A program made the position numbers and the translations under genes. Under the pieces are notes generated by a model. The model was given only the letters and a program-made list of their open reading frames with translations. It ran no database searches and was not told the DNA's origin. Shown here piece after piece: positions 38,001 to 49,534 of a stretch of 64,000 bases of DNA (positions within the stretch are counted from its first letter, which is position 1; each line of letters starts with the position of its first letter). Origin of the DNA: Blepharisma stoltei ATCC 30299 (lineage: Eukaryota; Protista; Ciliophora). The stretch is from positions 124,001-188,000 of the forward strand of contig CBFDEM010000028.1 of assembly GCA_965603825.1 (NCBI GenBank), given 5' to 3'.

Positions 38001-41000
38001 AATGCAATTCATCTGATTTTGGGGTTTGGCATTCACTAGATGCAAAAACTTCAATTGACTTATATTCACTTGTTTTAAGTTTCAACGAGATACCAAAATC
38101 GTAATATAAAAATAAGCCATTTGAGTTTATTATATTTACAGGCTTAGATAATGATGTAGAAAATCCTAGCCAGTTTATGAGAGTTAGAGTAATATTTCCA
38201 GCTGTTTCACTTAGATCTGCTTTTTCTATAGAAATATAAGAGTTTTGTGTAAGATATTTCGAATTCTTACTAAGAGTGTTGATCAATGGACTCGAATCAA
38301 AACTCCAACTAAAAGTTAATGGTCTACGATATCCGCCTTTCGATTTAGTTGCATCAATTATTAAATCATCACATAAAATATAAAGTTGATAAGGTACGAT
38401 CAGTGAAGCTTCAGGATAAATAATAGGTTTTGGATATTTATAACTTACTTTTACACTGACAGTTCCTATTGGCCCTCCACAAGCATTAAGGTCAGTCATC
38501 AAAACCCCTTTATTGAACACAATCTGACTATTCTCAACAATTCTAGCATTTTCTCCAAGGTTTACATATAAACTCATCCTATCACTGCTCCAATAACAAT
38601 TAGGAGATTCTCCAAAGACTGCTAAACTGTTACTAGAAAATAGGCTATTGCATGTAGATGGCATAGAAAAAGAAACAGCCTGGTCAAACTCAATAACCAC
38701 TGTTTGATAGTCTTCGGAAAAATAAGAAATAACATTCCTATCTTGAATATGATAATAACAGGCTTTGCACGTAATCCCACTCAGTTCATGGCGATAATCA
38801 CAAGTACATTTATCACCTGCCCCTATCGCCCCGTCTACACAAGTAATGCAATCTTCTGTATTAAATCCAGTTGCAATGCTACACATAGGATCAAAATTCA
38901 AATTGCAATTTCCACTTCCCATGCATGAAAATTTGCACTTTTCGTCACAGTTTTTGCATTTTTCACTGTCAAAGTCATAAAATTGATTGTAGTCACATGA
39001 CATTAAGCAGTCAGTAAATTCAATATTTCCACATCCTCGGCATCCACAATTTACTGCTTGTGCTGGATTTGGATATTCGTTAAAATTGTTATATATTTGC
39101 ATTTCGTATATAAACCCTCTAAAGTATTTATTTTCATTTATATTTCTTCCTATAGAAAACTTTTCACCAGGAAAATCTTCATAAAAAGTATAATCCATAT
39201 TTTTATCTCCCCCATTGACTTCATCTATTGTAATTTCCATGTATAAAGAGTTTGCGTCTTCCATTCCAGCACGAAAACCAACATAAAGCCATGAATTCCA
39301 ATTTCCTGTATTTGGGCTAGATAAGGTATATGTTTTAGTGGCTAATGATACACCATTAAACCCAATAAATTTTATTTCAAGATGCATGTCTGGTGTAAAA
39401 TATAAAGCTAAACGAGTATAGCCAGTTCCTTCTTTTGATAAAATATAAGAATTATCTCCAGTAGAAAATGGTCTGACTCAGAACATTATAGTAAAATAAT
39501 CACCTAATATAAAATCGGTATCATCAGCTGGATTTGGCGGTAAATATACATAGCTGTTTCCCGAAAAATAAAGCCCTTGTTGGTATACAGGAATAGGATC
39601 ATTATTATCATAATCAGGGTAATAAATATCAGTAGACCCCATATATGCTTTAAATCCACTAACTGAGTCTGCAACTGTATTTGTTTGTTGATTAAAAACG
39701 TAATGAATAATAAGAGAATAAGGATCAAAATAGCTCTTGCATTTGCTACCATTAAAATATCATGTCACAGGGCAATTGCTTAAGCACAAGCCATAATTAT
39801 ATATCTTATGATTTCCGGCTGAGCATGTATTGCATTCACCATTACTGACATAGTAGCTTGTGGCACATTTAGGAGAAATTAGGACACAATCACGTCCTTC
39901 TGTAAAATTGATGTAGCCACTCTTACATGAGCAAGGATTTGTTGCAGTATTACAGTTATCACAGCATTTAGTGCATTCGCTTTGCTCAAAACCTGTCCAT
40001 TCCCGACATAGAGGGTCTAAATTCATATTGCAGTTTCCAGAACCTGTGCATCCATAAATACAGTCAGTATCACAGTCATAACATGAACCATACCCATCAT
40101 AAAATTGAGTATAGCCGCAGCTATATATACATTTTGAGTAGCCTGTGCTATATCCTCCACAATGATTATTACAACCACATACCCACCAATAATCATGATA
40201 TACATAGCTTCAGCTATCATAAGGTAGATTATTTCAGCCTATCAAAAATTCAAATATAAGCCCATAAAAGCCTCCGTTATTAATAAAGCTTTTCCCTATA
40301 CTAAAGGTTTCTGTATCAATGTCTGAGAAAAATTTAGAAGTAAAGGCTAAGCTATATCATGCACTTCCAAAGTAATAAAGCCCAAGCTTCTGATTCGGCA
40401 AATCAACATGTATTTCCATTAATAATCAGGCGTCAAAGGAACCTTGAGTAAATATATCGTCGTATTGCTGAGCAGCATTAGTTGTAGAGTCAAATGCTCG
40501 GTAGGCTATGTGGATATTTTGGTCTGGAGACATATAAAGAGACATAGAAACATAGTCACTCCCTTCTTTTGCAAAAATATATTGATTTTTAGTGGAAGAT
40601 TTGGGGAAAACCCAGACTGCAATAGTGAAATGATTGCCAAGAATGATTGCATTAGAAGAGACTGAATTTGGAGGAAGTTGAATATAACCAGTTCCTAACT
40701 CTGGAAAATAAAACCCTTTGGTATATATGGGATAGGGACCACTTGGATTATTATTTAAAGAGCCTGTCGGCGAAGCTGAGCTAACTAGTGCTTGGTATTG
40801 GGTTGATGATGTCCATGAATTGATAGGATTTACTTCAGTAGTGAAAACATAATCGCAATATATAGAACTAGGATCTGGACAGATCCCATTTGTTGCTGAT
40901 AGTCCAGCCTCACAAAATTGAACACACAACCCTGAGTTGTAATAATCAGTAACGTAATCTTGTGCGCAAGAAGAGCAGTAACCATTTGTGCTTTGAGTGC

Positions 41001-41580
41001 AAGTCCCTCCACATGCAGGGCTACAAGTAGAAAGTTTTCTTGGGGAAACAGCATCACAAGTATTCGTTATTGGGTTTTCGATAGTTCCTTCTGGGCAGTA
41101 CTCTAAACAAGTATTTTGATATAAATATGAACCTAAATTGCAAGCCTCACAATGGAATTCATCATAATATCCTGACAGGCAGCTTTTGCACTTTCTGTTG
41201 CATATATTTCTGAGCACTGTTTCGTTAAAACTGCATAACTTTCATTCACAAATAATTTCCGCATTTTTTTCAGGGTCGAACTCACTTGAGAATTTTAAGA
41301 TGAGAAATTGAATATCAACTCACTGAAATTTAAAATTAGTGTATTTTGGCTCCATTTCTAACACATCATTTATTGCATTTTCAATCTCTGGCACTTCTTT
41401 ATTCATCATGGCACACATATTAGCGCTCCAAAGATCGCAAAAAGATTGATCCTCAAAATCCTCTTTCTGTTCACTTCAGCAATTTATGCAATAATTTTGA
41501 AAATCGCTTTCCCTACATGTGCTGTGGCAAAATCCTGAAACGGTCTGCAGTTGCAAAATAATAGACACCACTATTAGCAT
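35020..41580 (-). CDS. ~2186-aa PKD1/REJ-like receptor: signal peptide, Cys-rich repeats, two LamG/ConA-like domains, REJ, GPS, ~5 TM
   Basis: Seven listed ORFs share one frame and each internal stop checked is TGA (at least 14). GPS CVFY...WSTDGC...CQCTHTSLY; hydrophobic N-terminus and C-terminal helices. Confidence 0.82.
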
Positions 41581-43040
41581 TTATCTGAAATTCAATTTTT
41601 ATATTTCAAATATCATTTACATTCTAATTTTCATATTCTATTATCATCCTTTGCGAAATTAATTAAAGACGTTGAGATAAAGGAAAGATTTGGTATAGTG
41701 CGTTTTATTAATTTGCGTTCTCAAATATCTTAAAATATATTGATTGAAATATTAAAAAGACTAAATATAATGCAAACTGTCAGATTTTGAATAAGAATTT
41801 TAAATTTTTGGATGAAGAATAACTAAAATTTTCAAATTTATTTTGAACCTGTTGAAAATATTATAAAAATGTTATTAAAAGTGCCAATTACTTGAAATTA
41901 TTAAACAAAAAATGTGCAAGACAAACTTAAAGGCTGATAGCACATTATTTTTAATATAATTATTGCAAGTTTTAATCTTATTCAGTTTTGCTTCATAGTT
42001 CATGATGACTTTCATGTCATTTTATATTAAATAATTAATTCACCTACACAAATGATAGAATAAAACAGATAATTACTTATCAATTTAATAATAAGATTTG
42101 TATTTGTATATAACTCTCTAAAAATATTTAAAGCTTGCCATTCTGCCTTAAAGACGCTAATAAAATTTAAGATTTAAAGGCGCATGAACAATTTGCATTA
42201 AAATGATTATAATCATACTGAAAAGCTTACTAATCTGTCGAAATTTTAAAAGAACAGACCTGAATGATCAATCAATTTTAAATTAAGTGAATCATGCTTT
42301 ATAAAAGTAAAATGCCAAATTGATATCCATAAACAATTTGAATTTGTGTAAATAGAATTTCGCAATCTTGGTGACTCTAATTGATGCATTGAACTCTGCC
42401 ATTCCTCAAAATTATTGCTACAGAGAAATACACCTTTTATCAAGAAAAACTTCGTTACAAACAAAAAAGTTAAGATCTAAAATAAGAGTCCCAAGAACTA
42501 TTGGGAAAAAATCAACTGTAAGTTCATAAACTTGGAGATAACAAATAGACTTGCAAGCCATTTATAGCCCTCAGTCATTATATTAAAATATATTCTTAAA
42601 GCAAAGACTGTAAAGAAATAAATGATATAAAACAACGGCATTGAAAATTCCAGAACCAGCTTTTGCTATTTTATTTCTTGACCTACTGTTTGCTTAGTGA
42701 GCACACTCGTTCAAAATTTTCAGAAATAAGCAGTTCAGTTTCAACTTTTGTCACTTTATTTATTTTGTTGATGCCAATTCGAGCTCAGCTTGCTAAGATA
42801 TTTCATTCAAATTTTTGATAAAATTATTACCTCTACAGTGACGACTTAAGAGTTCAAGTTTTAAAAGCTAAAGAAATGTATTATAAATTAATCTCAATGC
42901 TGAGTGGGCTTATCAACGCAATTAAAACTTAAAAGTGAGACCTAAAGGACTAATCAGTTTATAAATTAATTAAATTCATTTTTGTAAATATAAAACTCCT
43001 AATTGATATTCCAAAATAATTTAACTATATATTTAGTTAA

Positions 43041-45572
43041 ATGAATATTGAAAATATTGATGACTCTTGATTAAAAGAATTGTATTCTGTCATTCCACCA
43101 CCATTACCACTAAGAAATACACCTTTTATTAAGAAAGAAGTTCTCTTACCTAAAAGAAAAAGGTTTAAACTCAAAAGTTATGAGCCTACTTCTATATTTC
43201 ATGAAGAAATTTGCAAACAGCAAGAAAACACAGAAAGGCCAATGACCCCAAAAGAAGAAAAGAAAATCTTCAAGCAAAACTCTAAAGATAAACTATTTTT
43301 AGAGTTTCTTCAAGACAAAAAAGAATATCCCCTTGAAAAAAGAGAAAATTCCGAAACAATCAACATTTATTGTACATGTAAAAACAGAAGTGAATCATAT
43401 ATGACATTCAAAAAATACATAGAAAACTATATAGTTCCTATCCCATTATATTTTAAAGACCACTCTGATGAAATTTTTAAGCATCCCAGCTCTTTATCGA
43501 AATTCCAATTTGTGTATGTTAAACAAAGGCCTAACAACTTTAAACAGTATATACAGACTTTGCAAGACCCTTGACTGCCTATATATAATGATGGAGAAAT
43601 AGTTAATGTAGGAGTTTGTGAGCTGCATAGACCCTCTCTTCAAAAACGGTTAAAGTTGAGATCTGCTGCTTTAGAAGTCAGCGAGTTTATTTTCGACTCA
43701 GAATTTGAGTCTGGAAATCTAGATAAAGTTGTGAAGGTGAAAAATAATGAATTTAATTTATTTTTGACAGCTGATACGAATACAAAAGGACATACACAAT
43801 GATTTTATTTTTCTGTAAAAAATATTCATAAAGAGCAAACTATTACACTAGATATCATGAATTTCACCAAAAATGGAAGCTTATTTAACAGAGGAATGAG
43901 ACCTGTAGCCTTTTCTGTCAAGCAATATCAAAAGCACAGACAAGGGTGAAATCGTGCTGGATTCGACGTAAGGTATATGAAAAACAGTTTAATCAGAGAC
44001 ATCAATGGAAAAATTTCTCACTATTACACATTGTCTTTTAAATACAAATTTATATATGACAATGATACTGTATACTTCGCTTACTCTGAGCCATATACTT
44101 ACACAAGGCTCCGGACATTTTTAGATAGTCTAAAACTTCATGCTTCCAATGCAAATTTTGATTATTCGGAATCTGTTTTATGCACAACTCTTGGAGGCTT
44201 AAATTGCCCACTAATAAAAATTCGGCCTAAAGACACAAAGGAGTACCCAATTGTGGCGATTTCCGCTAGAGTTCATCCTGGTGAAACTGTTGGGTCTTGA
44301 ATGGCTGAAGGATTATTAAGATTTTTAACATCTAATTCAGCTGAAGCAGAAAAGGCAAGAAAATGCTGTGAATTTCTGATTATTCCTATGTTGAATCCAG
44401 ACGGTGTTGTATGTGGGAATTATAGAAGTGATTTATCAGGGGTTGATTTAAACAGGAAATGAAAAAATCCAGGCTCAGATATATACCCAACAATATACTC
44501 CACCAAAGAACTTGTTAAAGGAATCAGGGCATATGTAGACTTGCACGGGCACTCCAAAAAAGACTATTGTTTTATGTATGGCAACTCTTTTTCTCGTAAA
44601 GAAGAAACTTATTGGCAAGGAAAAGTCCTGCCTTTTCTCCTATCAAAATTAACATCTCATTTTAATTATTCCACGTCAAGGTTTTTTAGCTCAGACCTTC
44701 ACTCAAATACAGCTCGTGCTGTTGTGTGTCGGGAACTCGAAGTACTCCACAGTTTTACATTAGAAGCGTCATTTCATGGATACCGGACTTCTGAGCTTCT
44801 AAAAGAATTCACAAGGGAAGAGCTGATGGAAGTTGGCAATTCTTTAGGTATAGCTTTATATGGACTTATCAAAATAAATGGGAAGTTTATTAATTCCCAA
44901 GAATCACTATGAGAACAAGTGGAGCTATTTAAGCGGCAGATTGATGCCTCCAAAAGACATCAGATTTTAAACAATTTTAAAGGTCGAGAAAACATTCGAA
45001 CCTCCGTTTCAGCAAGAAAAGAAACATTATCTCCTATAGAACAAAGAACTGCCACTCAAGGAGCTTTATCATTTGACGGAGGCATAAATGTACTAAAAAA
45101 TCTATTCGAAACTCAGGTCGAAGATTTACCAACCCTTGTCGAAGAAAACAATTCAAGTGGGTCAGACAGCGACCCTAGTGAAGACAATTTTGATGAAGAA
45201 GAACAAAACAACTTGCAAATTGTCGCAAAAAAGGTCTCACTTGAAGCAAAATTGGTGGCAGCACATAATCATATGATTACGTCAAAGCCAAGCTCTAATC
45301 ATTTTCGGGAGATTTTTGATGAGAAAAAAAATGAGTTTCAGCTGAAAATGGTTGATAGCATTTTTATAGGGTCACGAAGGAGTGCGAGAAATAATAATAT
45401 GCAAAAAAATAGACTGGGGTCGTTGGATTCAAATAGAGCAATGGAGATGAAGAGGAATCAAATTTCAAGCTGAATGAGGTATATGACGCCTACAAGCAGA
45501 AAAGAACAGTATAAACTTTTAGTTTTGAAAGCTCAAAGATTAAGCGAAATTCCTAAGCTGAAAAATTTATAG
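43041..45572 (+). CDS. Cytosolic carboxypeptidase (AGBL/CCP, M14 tubulin deglutamylase family)
   Basis: FESGNL, TQ(W)FYF, PYTY, ARVHPGET, NPDG, DLNRK(W), DLHGHS and FTLEAS; eight TGA=W. Confidence 0.92.
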
Positions 45573-45605
45573 TGTAAAATAACGCTTAAATCATAAATAA
45601 TTCAA

Positions 45606-47252
45606 ATGAGTGAAAAACCTCCTAGAAAAAATTCAGGGAAAACTGGTAAGAAAAAGTCTTCAAGAAGTGCTAGCCCAGTTTCAAAATCCCCAAAATCCCC
45701 AAAATCTCCAAAATCGCCTAAATCTCCTAGTTCTCCTAAATCTCCAAAATCAAGATCAAGCTCCCCTGGGAGTTCAAGGCGGGCTACCTCTCCCAAATCT
45801 CGAGGGCCTCCTCAACCAGTTCCACACTCCCTCTGTCAGCTCCACCAAAAAGAATACAAGCTCTATTCAGAAACCTTCGAAGAGCCTATCTGTGAAGACT
45901 GTTTAATTTCCGGCCCTCACAGTGGAATTCATTCAAAAATAATCCCCCTCGAAGAAGCCCACCGTTACCGCTTAGCTGCAGTCTATAACACCTTAAACTC
46001 TCACCTATTCAGTAAGCGTGAACAATTATTATCCCAAATGCATAGAGTGGAGTTTCGGCTTGACGAAATAAAAAGAGTCAAAGGAATGATAGAAAGGGAC
46101 ATGAAAAGTGAATTTTCTGCTATGAATGAGCGGCTTAATTCTTCCCATGGGACTAAAATAGCGATTTTACAGCATGATATTGCAGAGCTTAAAGGAGATT
46201 TAGATAGAATCAATAATATTATAGCAGCAGTTGAAAACTCAGGACAAGATATGATTGGATTTTTACAACAAGCGCCTCATTTGAGGGATGCAATAGAAAT
46301 ATCAATCGCCAAGCCATTTAGGACTGATATTGATGTATCACATGAAAGCTTGCCTAGGGAGCTGGCTGAAATAAGACAAATGATTGAAAAATTCCCAGCG
46401 CTGCAGGCACTTATTAGTTTTAAAGACGAAATTATATGAAAATTACTACATGAAAAGGCGGGGAGTGGAGATATTGATGCAGCCACACAAAAGGAGCTAG
46501 CAGAATGAGCGAGACTTACGGAGAAATTTTCACAGGAATTAGAGAAATTTAAAATGAATTGTGAATATTGTGGAATTCCGATGGATGAGGAAACAGTCAA
46601 CTCAAATTGTCCTAAAAATTCATCATTCAGCCTAAAACCTCAAGAAGTTTCTACTCCAGCTGGATATCATGGGAATGGTAGGCATTTTTTTTCAAAAAAT
46701 AAGCCTAAGCCTATACAAAGCCAAGGCTTTATGCAGCCTATGGGACAATCTTATGCACAAAATCAAACACTCCCAGAAAGAGACTTAGATACAGCAATCC
46801 GTATAATTGGTCAAATTGCTAGAGAAAGAGGAATTTCGCTAGAAAATGTTTTTAAGCCTTATGATGTATTAAATCTAGGTTTAATCAGTCCAACTGATTT
46901 TTATCAAATTTTGTCATCACAATTTGGGTTATCTGGTAACCAAATAAATGCATTGGTTTCCCAGTATGACCCTAATCGAAATGGAAGAGTCCAGTATAAT
47001 TTATTGATAAGAGACACAATAGGTGAAATCCCTCCTGTTCTTGATAAGCTAAGACTTAAAGCTGGAAACTTTTTAGACGCTTGCAGAAAAGCAGACACTT
47101 TAACTGAAGGGGTTTTAAAGCAGGATACGTTTAAAGAGATACTGAGACAGCAAGGGCTGACCCAAGAAGAAATTAGGCAGGCAATAGGAGTTAGTGACTT
47201 GAATACTCAAGGCTTAGTGCAGTATTTAAACTTTTATAGCAGGATAAAATAA
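45606..47252 (+). CDS. SPK-repeat, B-box, coiled-coil and EF-hand protein
   Basis: CQLH..ICEDC..GPH..H B-box; EF-hand-like loops DVLNLGLIS, DPNRNGRVQY and DLNTQGLVQY; TGA at 46437 and 46506. Confidence 0.8.
45672..45760 (+). repeat. Coding 9-nt tandem repeat (Ser-Pro-Lys)n
   Basis: AAATC(C/T/G)CC(A/T) units encoding SPKSPKSPKSPKSPSSPKSPK. Confidence 0.85.
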
Positions 47253-47291
47253 CAAATTATTAATAAAAAATCAAGACAAATCATTAAATTA

Positions 47292-47708
47292 ATGGAAAGT
47301 CTAAAACAAGAAGCCAAAAAGCTTTCAGAAGATTTAGTGAATCTTGATAAAGACATAAAAGAAACAAAATTTGCATTAGAAAGTGGGAAAGAGTTTGTCC
47401 GCTACTTAGAATACCAATGCTACGATTCAATGAAATCTGACTGTTTATATTTTCATGAAAGCTACCTTCTGAAATACCTCAATCTCAGAAGGCAGCAGTC
47501 AAAATCACATATTTTCTACCAGCAAGAATGCAAGCCATTAGTTGACAAATTTCCAAAAGACTTAGACTTCAAAAATCAATCAGAATTCGAATCCTACCAA
47601 TCATTTCATAAATGCACAAAAACACATATAGGACAACTACTAATCTCTATGAGAGAAGAAGTAAAGATTATAGACGAAGAACAAGAAAGATTAAAAGAAT
47701 ATTTATAG
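47292..47708 (+). CDS. Hypothetical protein (138 aa)
   Basis: ATG in AT-rich context, open to TAG. Confidence 0.65.
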   Translation: MESLKQEAKKLSEDLVNLDKDIKETKFALESGKEFVRYLEYQCYDSMKSDCLYFHESYLLKYLNLRRQQSKSHIFYQQECKPLVDKFPKDLDFKNQSEFESYQSFHKCTKTHIGQLLISMREEVKIIDEEQERLKEYL

Positions 47709-47728
47709 TTAATTAATTATTATTTAAA

Positions 47729-48616
47729 ATGAAAGCGATTACCTCACTTGAGGCGCTGAGAAAATTAACAAAGCCAACGGATTCATCAAAAAACCCATTA
47801 GAAGGATTTACAAAATATTTAGAAAAGGTGAGCGCAGGGACTTTGAGAGAAGAAATGACCTTACAAAGAAGAGGGTTTTCTAATGGAATAGGATTGGCGA
47901 AAGTAAAAAGCATCTTAAAAGAAAAACAAAGGAAAGCGATAGATAAAACCTGAAATAAATGAAGGCACTATGCAGTCTCTTTTACACTTCTGAGAGATCC
48001 TGGATATTGGGAGAAGCAATATACAGAAACCATTTTAAAAGCAGTCAGGGCCATTTTTAAATTCCAAGCAAGAAAGATAGCCAAAGCGTTTTACCAATGA
48101 AACTTAGCCAAATGAAACACAGTTGTCCCACTATATAGCATTTTAAGCAAAATTTTCAGCCTTAGAAAGCTTTATGGAATTCGTCAGCTTAAATTAGTCA
48201 GTCCTAAAAGCACGCATTTATTGCTAACTATGTACACAAATCGAATTAACGTGTATAAGCAAGCTTTTATTAGGTGGAAAAAAGAAACTGACAAAATCAG
48301 CCAAGAAAGTGCGCTGGCACAACAAGTTGCCTTTATGAGGTTTAAAGGCTTCCAGAATGAAAAATTAATTGAAGTATTTAATGCTTATAGTAAACAAATC
48401 GCGATTAAGAAAAGATTGGGGTTCAATGCATTTAAGATAAATAAGAATGAGGAATATGAGAGAACGCTTATGAGGGATGAAACTTTTGAACAAGAAGATG
48501 AGTCAATTGTGTATAATAAACTAATGAGACAGCTAAATACTCATAAAGAAGCTGCTACACAAGCAAAGGTGAAGTCAATATTGCTACAAACGATGCTGTC
48601 TATATTAAATAATTAG
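47729..48616 (+). CDS. Hypothetical basic helical protein with AF..W-type repeats (weakly Sfi1-like)
   Basis: Two ORFs joined through four TGA codons; motifs KT(W)NK(W)R, KAFYQ(W) and QAFIRWK. Confidence 0.68.
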
Positions 48617-48927
48617 TGTGATTATTCTATGCTCCTAAATCCCTTTTTAACAAAAAATTCAATTTTTCCATTCTAAAAATACTTTTTTCCTTGGCAGTCA
48701 CATAGTTTCCAATTCCCATAAATTCTCTTATTAAAAGTTTTCTGATATAATCTCATTTTCTATCACTTTCCAATCTCCAATTCACAATCTCTGATACACC
48801 CAAAATTCACTTGCTTAGTTTCCAGCTTTCTTCCTTAAATTTCTTGTTAGTTTCTCTACCAACTAAATCAATCCCAAATTTTCTTTAAGAATCCAAAAGT
48901 AAATTATGCCATTGTCTGGCTATAAAA

Positions 48928-49398
48928 ATGCCTCATCATAAGGGATACAGAGCTAAGACAAGAGATCTGTTCTCCAAGCCATTCAGAAGACACGGCCCAG
49001 TCCCTCTTTCCAGGACTATGGTGACCTTCCAAAGAGGTGACTTCGTTGACATCAAGGTTGACGGCTCAGTTCACAAAGGCATGCCATATAAATTCTACCA
49101 TGGCAAAACAGGCAAAGTTTTTAACGTCAGCGTCCATGGAATCGGTGTCATTGTTAACAAACAAGTGAGAAACAGAATTATCAAGAAAAGAATCAACGTC
49201 AGACCTGAACATTTGACAAAGAGCAGATGCAGAGAAGAGTTTTTGCAAAGGGTCATTGATAATGAAAAAGCTAGAGGGGAAGGAAAGCTAAATGATTTGA
49301 AGAGAGAGCCTGTGGCACCATCAGAAGGACATTTTGTGGTTACTAAAGGAACTGAAGTCATTGATCAACACCCACCAGTCTATAAGTTCATTATCTAA
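48928..49398 (+). CDS. RPL21: 60S ribosomal protein eL21
   Basis: GYRAKTRDLF, HKGMPYKFYHGKTG and KRINVRPEH. Confidence 0.97.
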   Translation: MPHHKGYRAKTRDLFSKPFRRHGPVPLSRTMVTFQRGDFVDIKVDGSVHKGMPYKFYHGKTGKVFNVSVHGIGVIVNKQVRNRIIKKRINVRPEHLTKSRCREEFLQRVIDNEKARGEGKLNDLKREPVAPSEGHFVVTKGTEVIDQHPPVYKFII

Positions 49399-49534
49399 CT
49401 TATCTCTTCACATTATTTAAGTCTAGTAAAATCTCACATAATAAAACTCTTATTCCACTCTAAACTAGAATTCATATGAATTTAAAAATGTTTTAGAAAT
49501 AAGCTCAGAGAACTCAGCACGATTATAATATAAA

